Part shown: piece after piece, positions 8,627-17,861 of the stretch
Layout of the letters: each line of letters begins with the position of its first letter
Position numbering within the stretch: position 1 is the stretch's first letter
DNA from: Candidatus Onthovivens sp.
Lineage (GTDB): Bacteria > Bacillota_I > Bacilli_A > RFN20 > CAG-826
Direction: 5' to 3'
Length of the DNA: 64,000 bases
Assembly (NCBI GenBank): GCA_048405595.1
Contig: DBFJOT010000010.1
Location: forward strand, 71,578 to 135,577
Position numbers and translations under genes: made by a program
The notes under the pieces: generated by a model
What the model was told of the DNA's origin: nothing
What the model saw: only the letters and a program-made list of their open reading frames with translations
The model's database searches: none

Positions 8627-9784
8627 TTATTTAATATATTTAACTTCCAAGTTATCTAAAGCTTCTTGAATTAATGGTTCAAAGTCAAATTTAGCTTCGA
8701 TACGTTGACATTCGTCTAAATGAGGAGCCGTTTTTGGCTTTACAGGAGCAAAAATCGTGCAGCAATCTTCAAATGGTCTAATTGAAATGTCATATGTTCC
8801 AATTTTTTCGCTAATTTTTATAATATCAACTTTATCATATGTACATAATGGTCTAAGTACAGCAATATTCGTGACTTCATTAATAACATTTAATGATTCG
8901 AGTGTTTGACTTGCGACTTGCCCGACACTTTCACCTGTCGCTAAACAAGGTAAATGTAATTTATTAGCAAGTCTAGTTGCAATTCTATACATCATTCTTC
9001 TCATGATGGTGATTGGATAGCCTTCACTAGAAATTTCATAGATTTTTTCTTGGATTTTAGTGAAAGGAACAATAAATAATCTAATCTTTGGTTGATATTT
9101 ATTTAATTGATGCAATAAATCCTCTAATTTATCGATGACACCACTATTTGTATATGGAGGTGATGCATAATGAATACAAGTAATTTCAATGCCTCTTCTC
9201 ATTAATAAATAAGTTGCAACAGGAGAATCAATGCCACCACTAATCATCATTAACGCTCTTCCAGTCGAACCACTTGGATAGCCACCTAAACCTTTAATAG
9301 TTTCAGTGAATAAATAAGCGCCATCTTCTCTAATTTCAATATCAAGTAAAGTATCTGGGTTATGAACATCAACTTTTTTATTTGTTGTTTTTAAAATTTC
9401 AGTTGCGATGGCTCTATTAATTTCATCACTAATAAAAGGATACGATTTATCAATTCTTCTAGTGCGAATCTTAAAAGTTTTTCCTTCACTTTCTTTAACA
9501 ATTCTAGTAGCTTCTGATAAAAGATTGTCATAATCTTGATCAATTTTTAATGATAAAGAGAATGAATACATTCCGCTAATATCTTTTAATATATCTACTA
9601 AGTTATAAATTTGATTTTTAATATTTAAATAAATATGATCATGTCTGATAATCATTTCATAGTCATCTTCATAATCACGAAGAGCTAATCTAATTGAATG
9701 AGCTAATTTAAAAACGAAATCTCTTTTATTTTTTCCTTTAGTCGACATTTCGCCAAATCTAACAATTACAACGTTGTATTCCAT
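8627..9784 (-). CDS. thiI: tRNA 4-thiouridine synthase ThiI (no rhodanese domain)
   Basis: 385 aa. N-terminal ferredoxin-like/THUMP-type region (VRFGEMSTKGKNKRDF) and PP-loop SGGIDSPVA. Immediately downstream of a cysteine desulfurase gene, as in Bacillus. Confidence 0.88.
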   Translation of the reverse strand: MEYNVVIVRFGEMSTKGKNKRDFVFKLAHSIRLALRDYEDDYEMIIRHDHIYLNIKNQIYNLVDILKDISGMYSFSLSLKIDQDYDNLLSEATRIVKESEGKTFKIRTRRIDKSYPFISDEINRAIATEILKTTNKKVDVHNPDTLLDIEIREDGAYLFTETIKGLGGYPSGSTGRALMMISGGIDSPVATYLLMRRGIEITCIHYASPPYTNSGVIDKLEDLLHQLNKYQPKIRLFIVPFTKIQEKIYEISSEGYPITIMRRMMYRIATRLANKLHLPCLATGESVGQVASQTLESLNVINEVTNIAVLRPLCTYDKVDIIKISEKIGTYDISIRPFEDCCTIFAPVKPKTAPHLDECQRIEAKFDFEPLIQEALDNLEVKYIK

Positions 9785-9786
9785 GG

Positions 9787-10917
9787 TTACTTTCCTCTCA
9801 CTTTTAATAAAATTTCTTTAAATTTAGTAATAAATTCTTGGCATTCTTCTAATGTATTTTCATTTCCTAACGATAATCTTATCGCATTACTGGATTCTGA
9901 ATTTGTTTTATTTAAAGCTAGTAAAACATAAGATATCGCTTCACGCTTAGAGTTACAAGCACTGACACTACTTAATAAAACATCTTCATTAGATAACGCT
10001 TCAACAATGACGCTACCTTTTTTAGTTTTTAATGAAAAATTTAGTATATAAGGTGATGCATCCTTAAAATCATGAATGATTACTTCATCAATTTGACTAA
10101 GTTCACCTATTAAATATTCCTTAAGTTTTTTAACTTTTTCATAATCAGTTTTAAAATTACGTTTTGAAATATTTATAGCTTCATTGAATGCTTCAATTCC
10201 AGGATAATCTAATGTTCCAGAACGAAGTCCATTCTCTTGTCCACCACCAAAAACTACTGGTGACAAATTGATTTTTTTCTTCTTAATCAAAGCACCTACG
10301 CCTTTTAAACCGTGAATTTTATGTCCACTTATCGTAATTAAGTCTGCAAAAGCATAATTAAATTGAGTTTTAAAGAGAGTTTGTGCTGCATCAATATGTA
10401 AAACACATTTTGGATTTGTGTGAATAATTTTACTTATATCTTCAACGTTAATCTTAAAACCAACCTCGTTGTTAATGACCATTGTCGAAACTAATATTGT
10501 GTCATTTGAAAATACTTTTTTAAATTCATCAGTATCAATTTTTCCGTTTTCATCAACGTCTAAATATGTAACTTGAAATCCTTCTTCTTCAAGTTCATGA
10601 AAGACATTTAAAACAGATTCGTGTTCAACTTTTGTTGTTATAACTTTATTTCCGCGGTTTTTATTTTTTCTACAATAACCCAAAATGCCTAAGTTATTGC
10701 TTTCAGTTGCTCCGCTTGTAAAAATTACTTCATAATCACTTGGAAGAGAGATTTGTTTAAGAATATTTTGTCTTATTCTATTGATCTCATTAAAATATTT
10801 CATTCCGTTCTTATGAATAGAATTTGGATTCTCGTAATTTAATAAAGCGCAACTTGTATACTTTTCAACTACCTCTTTATAAGGCTTTGTGCTTGCTGCG
10901 TTATCAAAATATATCAT
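9787..10917 (-). CDS. Cysteine desulfurase (NifS/IscS class, NifZ-like partner of ThiI)
   Basis: PLP lysine motif ISGHKIHG, active-site Cys loop SSVSACNSK. 376 aa. Only a 2-nt gap separates it from thiI. Confidence 0.85.
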   Translation of the reverse strand: MIYFDNAASTKPYKEVVEKYTSCALLNYENPNSIHKNGMKYFNEINRIRQNILKQISLPSDYEVIFTSGATESNNLGILGYCRKNKNRGNKVITTKVEHESVLNVFHELEEEGFQVTYLDVDENGKIDTDEFKKVFSNDTILVSTMVINNEVGFKINVEDISKIIHTNPKCVLHIDAAQTLFKTQFNYAFADLITISGHKIHGLKGVGALIKKKKINLSPVVFGGGQENGLRSGTLDYPGIEAFNEAINISKRNFKTDYEKVKKLKEYLIGELSQIDEVIIHDFKDASPYILNFSLKTKKGSVIVEALSNEDVLLSSVSACNSKREAISYVLLALNKTNSESSNAIRLSLGNENTLEECQEFITKFKEILLKVRGK

Positions 10918-12693
10918 CTATTTACCATCTCTATTGTTTAATTTTTTTAAAATACTATCACTTGATTGATAAGCGGTTTTAAAATCACCTGAAAAATATA
11001 AAGTTTCACATTGTTGTAATAAATTATTAACTTCACTAAATTTCATTCTATCTCTATTAGCTAATAAAATTTGTTCGCTTGCTCTTTCTTTATAAGTATC
11101 AAGTTCTTGTATTTCTTTAACTAAGTTATTAGTTGCTTCATTTAATTCAGTAACAATTACATTGACTTCATTAACATTAATTGGAACGTTTTTAAGAAGT
11201 CCATAACATTGATCAATTAAGTTATAACATTCATCAAATCTTGGTTTGTAGTTTTCAACAAATCCTTCAATTTTCCAGTCTCTAACTATTCTTTCAGTAT
11301 TTTTTAATTGCTCATATTTAATTTTTAAATTTGTAGCAGCACTTTCGCTATCATTTTTTAAGCTAGTCAAATAACTTCTAAATGCATCAACTTGTGCTCC
11401 AAATTCATTAGTACCCTTTTCCAATACATTAACTTTTTCAATTAAAACAGTATAAGGTGATTCTGACATTGAGAAAATATAAACATCAAGTCTTCTTTTA
11501 TCTCTACTAACTATATCGAGTTGTTTTCTTAAATCTTTTAAGTTTTGTTCATGAACATCGTCTACGACATAGACTTTTCTAAATTTGTCGATGCTATGAG
11601 TTATTTTAATATATTCTTGCTCATAAGAACCAAAAGTTTTGAGGACATTTCCTTTTTTTCTTTCAAACTCTTCACTTGCGCTGACTTCTTTTTCGAAAGA
11701 TTCAAATATTTTATCGATTTCACTATTAATACTTTCGGCTTGAGATTTTAATGTGCCAACACTTAACTTTTTGATTAAATCAATTCCTTTTTCGACACAT
11801 TCATTAATGTAAGCAACTTTATTTTCAACTTCTAAATGAGCTAAAGGCTTATTTTCATCTAAAAGTTCTTTATAACGAGTATTAAGTTCTTCTATTCTAT
11901 GAGGAATTTTTATTGTATATTCATCGACTAAACTTGGAATTTCATCGATCAATTTATCAAGTTGATTTACAACTTGTTGAATCTTTGGAAGCAATTTATT
12001 TGCATCATCATAATTTGCAGTTTCGATAAGTTCATCAAATTGCAAGAAATTACGATCGATAGCATCAAAAACTCTTTCGAATGATAATGAGACAAATTGT
12101 AAATGGTCTTCGTTTAAATTGTATTTTGATTTTAATGTTCTTAAATTTTCTTTCAATGCAACGCTTGCATCTCTAGCTTCTTCTTCAGGTTTAATAATTT
12201 GCATCAAATCATTATTTAATTGATTAACTGAATTTTCGTATTGTCTAATGTAAGCTGAGTGTTCTTTATAGTATTTTTTAAATTCTTTGATTTTATTTTC
12301 TTCAAGTAGGGCACCTAAATCACTTAAAATGTCTTGGAGATTTAAATCGGTTGTATCGCGAATTTCTTTACTTCTTTTAAAATAAGAAGAGTGGATATCA
12401 ACATAAAGAAGATTAGTTCTAGAAATAAATTCAAGTCTTTGGATATATTGCATGTCTTGTCCAGTTAAAAGTGCATGTAAGTATTCATATTTTTTATGAA
12501 GTTCTTTTAAAGTTTTCTTGCATCTTCTTTTCGCAAAGTAGAATTTATTTAAAACAAAAACTAATACAGCACAAATAGCGATACCAGCAAAGATGCTTAC
12601 AATAATAATCGCTACAAGAGCTCCTTCATTCTTTGGTGTTTCTTGTTGAGTAACATCTTCAGCTAATGTTAAAAAATCTAAAAATTTGAACAT
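10918..12693 (-). CDS. ezrA: Septation ring formation regulator EzrA-like protein
   Basis: One N-terminal TM segment (LVAIIIVSIFAGIAICAVLVFVL) followed by about 530 aa of coiled-coil-type sequence. Synteny with the desulfurase gene, thiI and rpsD as in Bacillus/Staphylococcus. I prefer the ATG at 12693 (GAGG 8 nt upstream) over the ORF-track start at 12735. Confidence 0.7.
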   Translation of the reverse strand: MFKFLDFLTLAEDVTQQETPKNEGALVAIIIVSIFAGIAICAVLVFVLNKFYFAKRRCKKTLKELHKKYEYLHALLTGQDMQYIQRLEFISRTNLLYVDIHSSYFKRSKEIRDTTDLNLQDILSDLGALLEENKIKEFKKYYKEHSAYIRQYENSVNQLNNDLMQIIKPEEEARDASVALKENLRTLKSKYNLNEDHLQFVSLSFERVFDAIDRNFLQFDELIETANYDDANKLLPKIQQVVNQLDKLIDEIPSLVDEYTIKIPHRIEELNTRYKELLDENKPLAHLEVENKVAYINECVEKGIDLIKKLSVGTLKSQAESINSEIDKIFESFEKEVSASEEFERKKGNVLKTFGSYEQEYIKITHSIDKFRKVYVVDDVHEQNLKDLRKQLDIVSRDKRRLDVYIFSMSESPYTVLIEKVNVLEKGTNEFGAQVDAFRSYLTSLKNDSESAATNLKIKYEQLKNTERIVRDWKIEGFVENYKPRFDECYNLIDQCYGLLKNVPINVNEVNVIVTELNEATNNLVKEIQELDTYKERASEQILLANRDRMKFSEVNNLLQQCETLYFSGDFKTAYQSSDSILKKLNNRDGK

Positions 12694-13019
12694 ATTAAAA
12701 ACCTCGTGATAATAGTATTTTATACTATTATCCAAAAATTATAAATTATTACATAAAATAAAATCATAAATATAAATATATATTCAAACATAATTTTTAA
12801 TAAAAAGTAAAATTATATCGATGCCATCGACATTTTAACAACAATGCTTTTTGTAATATTTGATGTTTTTAATTATAAGTTAAGTCCATTAATTTATTCT
12901 TTTATCACCTCATTTTTATACTTATTATTAGTACTAAGAAGTTGACAATTCCTAATAACTTTTATCTATTAAAAAAATTTAAATTAAACTTTACTTTTTG
13001 AAAAGAAAGTAGTATTTTA

Positions 13020-13187
13020 TATAGGCATGTAACGAAGCAGATAAGTACTTCTCGTCTAGTGAATTAAGGAAATTATTTCTTAAAGCAGTAACCTTAGCTA
13101 CAAAGGTGAACCTGGCAGTTAATTCACCGTAGGAGAATGGAATTTATCCCTTGCTTTATACGCATTTGTTAAAGAAAGGAGTTCTAT
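13020..13187 (+). promoter_or_regulatory. Candidate structured rpsD (S4) autoregulatory leader
   Basis: A long 5' region ahead of rpsD carries locally GC-enriched pairing segments, e.g. GGTGAA (13105-13110) with TTCACC (13123-13128). SD AAAGGAG lies just before the ATG. S4 leaders are known in Firmicutes. I could not verify the fold. Confidence 0.35.
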
Positions 13188-13814
13188 ATGAGATATACAG
13201 GACCAAAATGGAAGAGAGCTAGAAGATTAGGCTACTCATTATTAGGAACTGGTGAAGAATTCACTGGTCACACATTAAAGAAGGGTGATAAAAGAGAATA
13301 CGCACCTGGACAACACGGAGCTGCTAAAAAGAAACAATCAGAATACGGAAAACAATTAGCAGAAAAACAAAAATTAAGAGATACATACGGTGTTAGCGAA
13401 AGACAATTCCGTAGATTATTCTTAATTGCAGTTAACTCAAAAGAAGTTAAAGGTACAAAATTCATGCAAATTCTCGAATCAAGATTAGACAACTTAGTCT
13501 ACAGATTAGGATTTGCTGCTACACGTAGACAAGCTAGACAATTAGTCAACCACAAACACATCCAAGTTAATGGTAAGACAATTGATATCCCAAGTTATCT
13601 TTGTAATGTTGGCGATGAAATCGCTTTAAGAGAAAACAGTAAAGATTTAGTCATTGTTAAAGCTGCTTTAGAAGCTCAAACAATCACTGTTCCTTACATT
13701 GAAGTTGACAAAGAAAAGAAGAGTGGAAAATTCGTCAGACTTCCTGAAAGAAGTGAAATGGCAAAAGACATCGACGAATCACTCATTGTCGAATACTACA
13801 ACAGATTACTATAG
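13188..13814 (+). CDS. rpsD: 30S ribosomal protein S4
   Basis: 208 aa ([24 protein letters not shown]...) with an S4 RNA-binding domain ([31 protein letters not shown]). Confidence 0.95.
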   Translation: MRYTGPKWKRARRLGYSLLGTGEEFTGHTLKKGDKREYAPGQHGAAKKKQSEYGKQLAEKQKLRDTYGVSERQFRRLFLIAVNSKEVKGTKFMQILESRLDNLVYRLGFAATRRQARQLVNHKHIQVNGKTIDIPSYLCNVGDEIALRENSKDLVIVKAALEAQTITVPYIEVDKEKKSGKFVRLPERSEMAKDIDESLIVEYYNRLL

Positions 13815-13838
13815 TATTCAATTTTGTAGCAAATTATG

Positions 13839-13870
13839 CCTAGTTCAAATCGTTGAACTAGGTTTTTTTA
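13839..13870 (+). terminator. Rho-independent terminator after rpsD
   Basis: CCTAGTTCAA-ATCG-TTGAACTAGG perfect 10-bp stem followed by TTTTTTT. Confidence 0.85.
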
Positions 13871-13893
13871 TTCTTTTTATATAAAATATACAC

Positions 13894-14997
13894 ATGAAAA
13901 AATTTATATTAGATCCAAAAAACACATTAACAAACGTAGGAAATTCAATTTTAGGTTTTTTTGATGTTCCTAAATTCCACGATTCCTTCGAAGCATTAGA
14001 TAAAATTTTAAAAGAGACCAACAAACAAAAAGTAGCATTAATTTTATTAGATGGTATGGGAAAAATTATTTTCGAAACTTACAAAGACGACATCCCTTAT
14101 CTTTATTCTCACATTTTAACAGAATATAAAAGCGTTTTTCCTCCTACCACTGTTGCTGCTACAACAACTTTAACAACAGGAAAATACCCAATTGAAACTT
14201 GTTATTTAGGTTGGACACAATATTTCGCTTCAAGAAAAGCTTTTATTAATGTCTTCCCTTCAAATAATCCTTTTAATCATAAAGAATTTTTCACACCTAA
14301 TGTTACTTCAACTGAATTAGCTACTACTTATATTTGGGATTTAATTAACAAAACGTTAAAGCATAACGCAGCTAATATTAGTAGTTTCTTCAAAAAAACT
14401 CCTGAAAAAGAAGATGACTTCGAAGCTTTCTTTAAAGATGCTGATAAATTAATAAAAGAACATGATTTCGTATATGTTTATTCAACAAATCCAGATCATC
14501 TTTTACATGTAAACGGAATTAAAAACGAAACCGTTAGAGAGAATGTTATTTATTTAGAAAAGAAAGTTAAAGAATTAGTAGAAAACAATAAAGACACTTT
14601 ATTTATTCTTACAGCTGATCATGGTTTTGCTGATATCGAAGAAATTAATTTTAAATTACATCAAGACTTTTTAGATACATTAAATGAAGATGTATTTTCA
14701 ATTGAACCTAGATTTGCGACTGTTTCTGTCAAAGACGAAGCGAAATTTTTAGAATTAGCCAACAAATATTATGGTGATTATTTCTATATCAAGACAAAAA
14801 AAGAGCTCCTTGAGGAGCATACTTTTGGATATGGAGTTCCAAACGAACTTTTTGATTCAACAACTAAAGATTACTTCTTAATTGCTAAAGATAAATATTG
14901 TTTTTATCAAAGCGATGAGCCAATTGGTTTTAAAGGAACTCACGCTGGTTGTTTAGATTCCGAAACTGAAATTTATTTATTAGTTTTTAACGCTTAA
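13894..14997 (+). CDS. Alkaline-phosphatase-superfamily phosphodiesterase / nucleotide pyrophosphatase-like protein
   Basis: Metal/nucleophile motifs LLDGMG, FPPTTVAATTTLTTGKYP, TADHGF and GTHAG. 367 aa. Confidence 0.65.
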   Translation: MKKFILDPKNTLTNVGNSILGFFDVPKFHDSFEALDKILKETNKQKVALILLDGMGKIIFETYKDDIPYLYSHILTEYKSVFPPTTVAATTTLTTGKYPIETCYLGWTQYFASRKAFINVFPSNNPFNHKEFFTPNVTSTELATTYIWDLINKTLKHNAANISSFFKKTPEKEDDFEAFFKDADKLIKEHDFVYVYSTNPDHLLHVNGIKNETVRENVIYLEKKVKELVENNKDTLFILTADHGFADIEEINFKLHQDFLDTLNEDVFSIEPRFATVSVKDEAKFLELANKYYGDYFYIKTKKELLEEHTFGYGVPNELFDSTTKDYFLIAKDKYCFYQSDEPIGFKGTHAGCLDSETEIYLLVFNA

Positions 14998-15986
14998 GCC
15001 TCTTTAGAAGTTTGAGCGTTTTTCTTTCTTTGATAATACACTAAACCAAATGCAATCGCTGTAAAGATAAAGAATAAAGGTATTCCTAATCCTAAATCTA
15101 AAGCCATATTGCCTTCACCAAGCGCCCATGCATCATAAACAGCTTTAACATCACTATTATAGAAAACACTAACGATTGAACCAAAAGTTAATCCAGTAAC
15201 CATAAAATAAGTTGATGTTTTGTGCTTAGTAAAGAAATGTGACATAACTTTACTTAAAGCAAAGAAACCAACAAGGAAACCTAATACAAGTAAAAGGATA
15301 AAAGCGATCCATCTAGGTTCTTCTTTTAATACACTAAAATGTAAAGCTTCCATAATAGGCTTAAAGAAACCTAATGACATTAATAAGACTGTTGCACTTA
15401 ATCCAGGAACGATTTGAGTTAATGAAACAGCAACACCTAATAAGAAAGCTATTATATAAACATAGAACGGGAATTCCTTTAGCATAGTTGTGTTATCCAT
15501 TGCAGGTACATTAGCAAAAGCAGCAGCTAAAGTAATTGGGAAAGCAAATCCTAAAATGAGCAATAATACTCGATACCATCTAGGTTTTTTAATATCATCT
15601 TTAATTTCTAAGAATATTTCAGGTGATGCACCTAACATCAATCCACCAAATACACAAACAACTAAAAATGTATAAGCTTCAATTACGTTTTGAACAACGA
15701 AAAATCCTAAAATAAATCCAACTAAAGCACCAAGTAAAATTGGTAATAAGTATAAAAAGCTTTGTGTAAATTTCTTAAAAATTTTGCTAACAGAATAAAG
15801 CATTTTATCATAAATTTTGAATAAAATTGCGATTGTTGATCCGCTAATTCCTGGTAAAATGACACCTAGACCTATTAAGAAACCGCTAATAGCACTATTA
15901 AACCAACTTTTAGTATTGTATTTTTCAATAATTATTTCATCATTAGTTTCAACTACTTCGTTATTCTTCTTTTCATTTTCTTTCAT
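14994..15986 (-). CDS. DUF368-family membrane protein (PopT-like putative polyprenyl-phosphate transporter)
   Basis: 330 aa with about 9-10 TM segments. Duplicated PG(I/L)SGS/SAT signature (ILPGISGSTIA and IVPGLSATVLL), characteristic of DUF368 as I recall it. Confidence 0.65.
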   Translation of the reverse strand: MKENEKKNNEVVETNDEIIIEKYNTKSWFNSAISGFLIGLGVILPGISGSTIAILFKIYDKMLYSVSKIFKKFTQSFLYLLPILLGALVGFILGFFVVQNVIEAYTFLVVCVFGGLMLGASPEIFLEIKDDIKKPRWYRVLLLILGFAFPITLAAAFANVPAMDNTTMLKEFPFYVYIIAFLLGVAVSLTQIVPGLSATVLLMSLGFFKPIMEALHFSVLKEEPRWIAFILLLVLGFLVGFFALSKVMSHFFTKHKTSTYFMVTGLTFGSIVSVFYNSDVKAVYDAWALGEGNMALDLGLGIPLFFIFTAIAFGLVYYQRKKNAQTSKEA

Positions 15987-16059
15987 AACTAACCCCTTTC
16001 CCCTTTAACATTAAAATTATAATGTATTATTGGTTAAAATAAAGTATAATTTTAGCACT

Positions 16060-16135
16060 GCCGAATTAGCTTAGTTGGTAGAGCAACTCATTCGTAATGA
16101 GTAGGTCGTTGGTTCGAGTCTGACATTCGGCACCA
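16060..16135 (+). tRNA. tRNA-Thr (anticodon CGT)
   Basis: Acceptor GCCGAAT/ATTCGGC, anticodon loop TT-CGT-AA, T-loop TTCGAGT, encoded CCA. A TATAAT box at 16045-16050 lies just upstream. Confidence 0.9.
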
Positions 16136-16279
16136 CTTAATAAGTAACAAGTTTGGTTCTATTGAATCAGACTTTTTTATTTGCTTTTGTGTTTTATAGA
16201 CACCTACAAATATAAAAATGTATCTCTAATAAATTAATTGATAAAATCTCACTAATTTATTTTAGATACATTCGTTGTA

Positions 16280-17056
16280 TTATTCTAAGAAACGATGTTT
16301 TTTAATATAGCGTCTTGCTTTTTTAATAACATCACGATCTTGTTCATGAGTAATTTTAAATAATGCTTCGCTATATTCGCACCATTCAAATTCATCAACT
16401 TCTTCATCATGAGTGTCCGAAGGAACTTGACTATCATCAACAGGTTGGGCTAAGAAAAAGATAACGTCCTTCATAGCATTTTCACTTGGTTTATAACGAA
16501 TTGTTTTAACAAAATCAGTATTGAGTTTAACATCTAAACTTGTTTCTTCTTTGATTTCTCTAATTGCAGTTTCTTCGTCGGTTTCGTTCTTTTCTTGGTG
16601 ACCTTTGCATAAAGATGTATGTCCGTAGCCCATTTTTAAGAGTAAAAATTCAATTTTATTGTTATTAATACGATAAATAACTGCTCCACAGCTTTTTTCT
16701 TTGACTAACAATTTGAAATAGAATCTATTAGCAATATAGAAAACATTGAGAATGACGAACGATAAAAACATTAAAATCATCATAATAATAAAGAAGTTAT
16801 ATATAAGATAATAGAATGTATTATCTTCAGCACTGCTTAAAAAACAATAAAATGAATTAAATAAGTCAGAAATTTCATCACAAACATCTTGAGGCAATAA
16901 TCCAGTGATATCTATATTAGCGATATAAGCAAATCCAATAGCACTAAATATAAAAAGAAATAATATGAAAAAACTTAGCATTATATAAAGTGCTAAATGG
17001 CTAAAAAATGCAGGATCTAATGTATACTTTGATTTAGTTTTTTGTCTCATTATCAT
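16280..17056 (-). CDS. Membrane-anchored NUDIX hydrolase
   Basis: Nudix box GHQEKNETDEETAIREIKEETSL in the C-terminal half. The N-terminal ~110 aa contain three hydrophobic segments. The start overlaps the upstream acyltransferase gene by 23 nt. Confidence 0.7.
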   Translation of the reverse strand: MIMRQKTKSKYTLDPAFFSHLALYIMLSFFILFLFIFSAIGFAYIANIDITGLLPQDVCDEISDLFNSFYCFLSSAEDNTFYYLIYNFFIIMMILMFLSFVILNVFYIANRFYFKLLVKEKSCGAVIYRINNNKIEFLLLKMGYGHTSLCKGHQEKNETDEETAIREIKEETSLDVKLNTDFVKTIRYKPSENAMKDVIFFLAQPVDDSQVPSDTHDEEVDEFEWCEYSEALFKITHEQDRDVIKKARRYIKKHRFLE

Positions 17057-17861
17057 TTCCTTCTTTTTTCACATAGTTAACGTATTTATAAGTTGAGTAC
17101 TTGCTCGAAACACGTTTCATTTCTTTGTAGCATTCATCTCTTAAATATTCTTTATTTTCATTAACAGATAAATATTCTTGAGGATAAATTGGTTCACTTA
17201 CATATAAAGTAATTTTTGCTTTTTTAGAAAACTTACTTTTCCTATAACAAGCTGTAATTGGAACAATTGGTCTATTTAATTTAGCTGGATATTTAAAAGA
17301 TGTTGAGATAAATGGTCGAATATCGGTATAGTAAGGCCAAATATGGGCTTCTGGATAAATTAAAATGTTGTGATTTAATTTAGTAACACGTTCTTCAAGT
17401 GCTTTTTGGAATTTTCTAAACGTTTTAGGCGAATCAGGAATTGGCATATATCCTAAAACTTTCGTAATCCATCCAAGAAATTTATTCGATAAAGAATCTG
17501 AATAACCTAAAATATCTGTTCTTTGGAACGGAGTTACTCTAACCTGAACATCAAATACATCTAAAAATGAAGTATGGTTTGAATAGAAAAAACAAGATTC
17601 CTTATTTAACTTCTTTAAGTTTTTCTTTCCTTTAACTTTTATTCCATAAAACAAAGTAACAAGCCAAAGAATCGGTACTGCAACAGCAAAATAAAATAAA
17701 CTTGAGAAAAATCTATAAACTTTTCCTTGGTTATAAACAAAGTCATCAGGAATTTCAATTCGAGTTAAATTTGTTTTTTCAAAATCATCATTTAACTCAT
17801 CTTCGTAATAGATAGTAGTTCCAAATTTAAATTTCTTATCTTTTTTCAACATTGTTGCCAC
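17034..17861 (-). CDS. Lysophospholipid (1-acyl-glycerol-3-phosphate type) acyltransferase, PlsC family
   Basis: HX4D acyltransferase motif NHTSFLDV and a later YPEA motif (IYPEAHIW). One N-proximal TM. 275 aa. Confidence 0.7.
   Translation of the reverse strand: MATMLKKDKKFKFGTTIYYEDELNDDFEKTNLTRIEIPDDFVYNQGKVYRFFSSLFYFAVAVPILWLVTLFYGIKVKGKKNLKKLNKESCFFYSNHTSFLDVFDVQVRVTPFQRTDILGYSDSLSNKFLGWITKVLGYMPIPDSPKTFRKFQKALEERVTKLNHNILIYPEAHIWPYYTDIRPFISTSFKYPAKLNRPIVPITACYRKSKFSKKAKITLYVSEPIYPQEYLSVNENKEYLRDECYKEMKRVSSKYSTYKYVNYVKKEGNDNETKN

Noticed and set aside
12694-12735. N-terminal extensions in the ORF track. These are ezrA 12694-12735, coaX 31299-31379, glgA 36091-36180, tyrS 25067-25093, DJ-1 22553-22579, prkC 47283-47327, rsmB-like 50324-50374, gmk 53676-53702, trmL 55802-55813, ppa 57236-57289 and ATP-grasp 58536-58556.
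   Set aside because: In each case an internal ATG is preceded by a good SD at proper spacing and gives an N-terminus matching the family. The extension overlaps the upstream gene or encodes implausible sequence.
13894-14997. Possibility that the alkaline-phosphatase-superfamily protein is a PglZ domain protein marking a BREX or other defence system.
   Set aside because: No methyltransferase (PglX), BrxC-type ATPase, Lon-like protease or other BREX components lie nearby. The neighbours are rpsD and a DUF368 membrane protein. At 367 aa it is far shorter than typical PglZ proteins.
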